Source: a virus. Taken from it: a stretch of DNA of 64,000 bases. The DNA is taken from positions 1 through 64,000 of the IMG/VR virus record IMGVR_UViG_3300028840_003924. The stretch is one strand, 5' to 3'. Positions 62,133-64,000 of this stretch are shown here, piece after piece. How positions within the stretch are numbered: position 1 is the stretch's first letter; every line of letters begins with the position of its first letter. The notes under the pieces were generated by a model that was given only the letters and a program-made list of their open reading frames with translations, made no database searches and had not been told where the DNA came from. A program made the translations under genes and the position numbers.

Positions 62133-62982
62133 AAAACTCCAAAAGACTATCCGCTTCTATATAGGGTGCGTTGTCATAATTCGGGCCACTTGAGTGATCG
62201 GCAATTTTGATATCCAGGTCTTCTTGATCCTTCAACCAGTGGAATAAGCCACCAATCACCTCGTGCGTAACAGCATGTTGCGGATACATCCAGAGATTAT
62301 TTGGTAAGCTAACCGCTGCTGGACGCTCGTCTCGAAATGCATCATCGCAGCAAAATAGCGCCAGTCGCCTGACTTTACACCTTCGAGCCAAGCAAATAGC
62401 TCCGCATATTGGATTTCGATAATCGTCAAGTAGATGTGATATACCCATTTTCGTCCCAAATGCTTTATTCCCCGTGGGAACATAGTAAAAGCATGTGCCC
62501 TTGTACCGTTTGATGAACTTGGGATAAGTTCTTACGGAGCAAACACATCGGGGCCTATAAGTGTGTAAGGGGAGATAAGACATGCATTGCTGATAGGGGT
62601 TGTTGACGAAGTAGAAATCCATCCGGCGCTTTACTATACCTTCACTATCGACGTGCCACTTTGCCAAACTTCGGTTCGTACCAATAATGCACACATCTGC
62701 TGGTAGCTTGTGCAACAAGTCTCTCTCTTCATTGAACCGATAACCGTCTGAGACAATCAAAACTTTGGACAACGTAGGCAGAAACTCTGAACCAATTTCT
62801 GGAATGTGCTGACTACGGATGTCAATCTCATTCTCCATCAGAAACTTATATTCAGACCGATCTATGAATCGATTTAGATCAACCGGCGAACACTTCTGGT
62901 TGAAATCACGTACCCATAAACCGCTCTTCGTGAGAAGGTAGTTGTTACGATTACGATGTCTCTTAATGAGAAGCTTTGACAT
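62116..62982 (-). CDS. Maf/DUF115-like glycosyltransferase-related protein
   Basis: VLIVSDG, IIGTN.SL, DFYF, AI.LA.....RLALF..D follows the Maf/MptE-like layout. Confidence 0.55.
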   Translation of the reverse strand: MSKLLIKRHRNRNNYLLTKSGLWVRDFNQKCSPVDLNRFIDRSEYKFLMENEIDIRSQHIPEIGSEFLPTLSKVLIVSDGYRFNEERDLLHKLPADVCIIGTNRSLAKWHVDSEGIVKRRMDFYFVNNPYQQCMSYLPLHTYRPRCVCSVRTYPKFIKRYKGTCFYYVPTGNKAFGTKMGISHLLDDYRNPICGAICLARRCKVRRLALFCCDDAFRDERPAAVSLPNNLWMYPQHAVTHEVIGGLFHWLKDQEDLDIKIADHSSGPNYDNAPYIEADSLLEFFDEQT

Positions 62983-63008
62983 GATCTAACTTAGTAACCA
63001 AGAGGTAA

Positions 63009-64000
63009 TTAGGGTTTGCAGGGCACCAAAGCGAAGCAGTATTGGCCATCTTCCCCTTCACTCATTAGTTTACTGGTATCCAACTGTATTTTGACTTCAG
63101 CAGGCTCGACAACGAAGGTGAGGTCTTCCGGGTTCTCTACCCGAAGTGGGATATGGTCAGGTATACCCTCAACACTAATTGTGCTCACCATTCCTTCCAC
63201 CTCAATGACGGATGGAATGTCATGCTCAACTTGGATCACGGTCGGCACATTTGCCGCATCGATACTAAGAATACGAGGAGCATCGCCCCATTCCACTGGC
63301 AGATTATTGGGTAGCGAACTGGCGTCAACCTGTATCATTGGCCATTCGGATGGCACCTGGACTTGGATTTCAGACGGCATCCTTTCGACGCCCCGCACGT
63401 CAATGATACTCGGAATGGTGGGGCTGTCCAAAGTGATCTTTGTAGGCAAATCATGTTCAAGCTGTACAGGCGAGATTTTGGGGACCTCAAGTTGAATCCT
63501 TGACGGAATACCTGTTATATCGTAATCGACTCCGACACCCGGCTGGGCTAGGGCAATGTCTTCGTCAAAGTCATAATAACCATCTTCCACAAGCTTACGC
63601 ATAAAGGGCTGCATCGCTGCGCCGCCGCCACCTGTTGCACTGGAGCACTGGCATGTCACCTCGCAACTGATGATCGGGGGGCTACCCCATTCTATCGAAA
63701 TAGCCGATGGGAAATCGCAACACCCCTCTATACTGATTACAGACGGTAGATCACAACCCACCAAACTGATGACATCAGGTAAATTATCTTGCACGATAAT
63801 CGGATTGGGAATGTTGTCATTAACACTAAGTGTGTAAGACAACCCATCTTTTACACTGATTGTGTAGCTCAAGCCACTATAGACACTGATCGTCCCCTTC
63901 CCCGAGACCAGCCCCGAAACCTGGACCACACTGGGTATTCCATCCAAGACGGAAATTGTGTAAGACAAGCCATCTTTCACAGAGATGGTCGTTGGGATAT
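63009..64000 (-). CDS. Repeat-rich structural protein, 5'-truncated by the window edge
   Basis: Frame open to the window end; GLSYTISV and (I/L)PxxIxV repeats. Confidence 0.7.
   Translation of the reverse strand, partial: IPTTISVKDGLSYTISVLDGIPSVVQVSGLVSGKGTISVYSGLSYTISVKDGLSYTLSVNDNIPNPIIVQDNLPDVISLVGCDLPSVISIEGCCDFPSAISIEWGSPPIISCEVTCQCSSATGGGGAAMQPFMRKLVEDGYYDFDEDIALAQPGVGVDYDITGIPSRIQLEVPKISPVQLEHDLPTKITLDSPTIPSIIDVRGVERMPSEIQVQVPSEWPMIQVDASSLPNNLPVEWGDAPRILSIDAANVPTVIQVEHDIPSVIEVEGMVSTISVEGIPDHIPLRVENPEDLTFVVEPAEVKIQLDTSKLMSEGEDGQYCFALVPCKP

Overview
This 64-kb window is part of a large T4-like (gp23-type capsid) bacteriophage genome using the standard genetic code. The head module lies on the minus strand: terminase large subunit, intein-containing portal, a long core-like protein, prohead protease, scaffold and major capsid protein (MCP). 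The left 19 kb holds a tandem array of Thr-rich collagen-like fibre genes interleaved with glycosyl-, sulfo- and methyltransferases. The rest holds accessory genes: primase, Cas4/RecB-like nuclease, macrodomain, Nudix, CYTH, WYL, thioredoxin, two proteases, an actin-like ATPase, GT9- and Maf-like enzymes and a second intein. The main signals not explained by routine annotation are: (1) four dispersed genes, two missed by the ORF track, that are diverged pieces of the phage's own MCP and may be capsid decoys or assembly modulators; (2) six otherwise unrelated genes sharing a T4 internal-protein-like N-terminal capsid-targeting peptide, most preceded by a TA(A/G/T)ATA late-promoter-like motif; (3) a candidate fibre glycosylation/sulfation system, plus an orphan fibre C-terminus that records module swapping; (4) a 4-bp GTAC duplication splitting a structural gene; and (5) a set of 28-35-bp near-perfect palindromes. 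All homology calls come from motif recognition and by-eye alignment; no database search was run.
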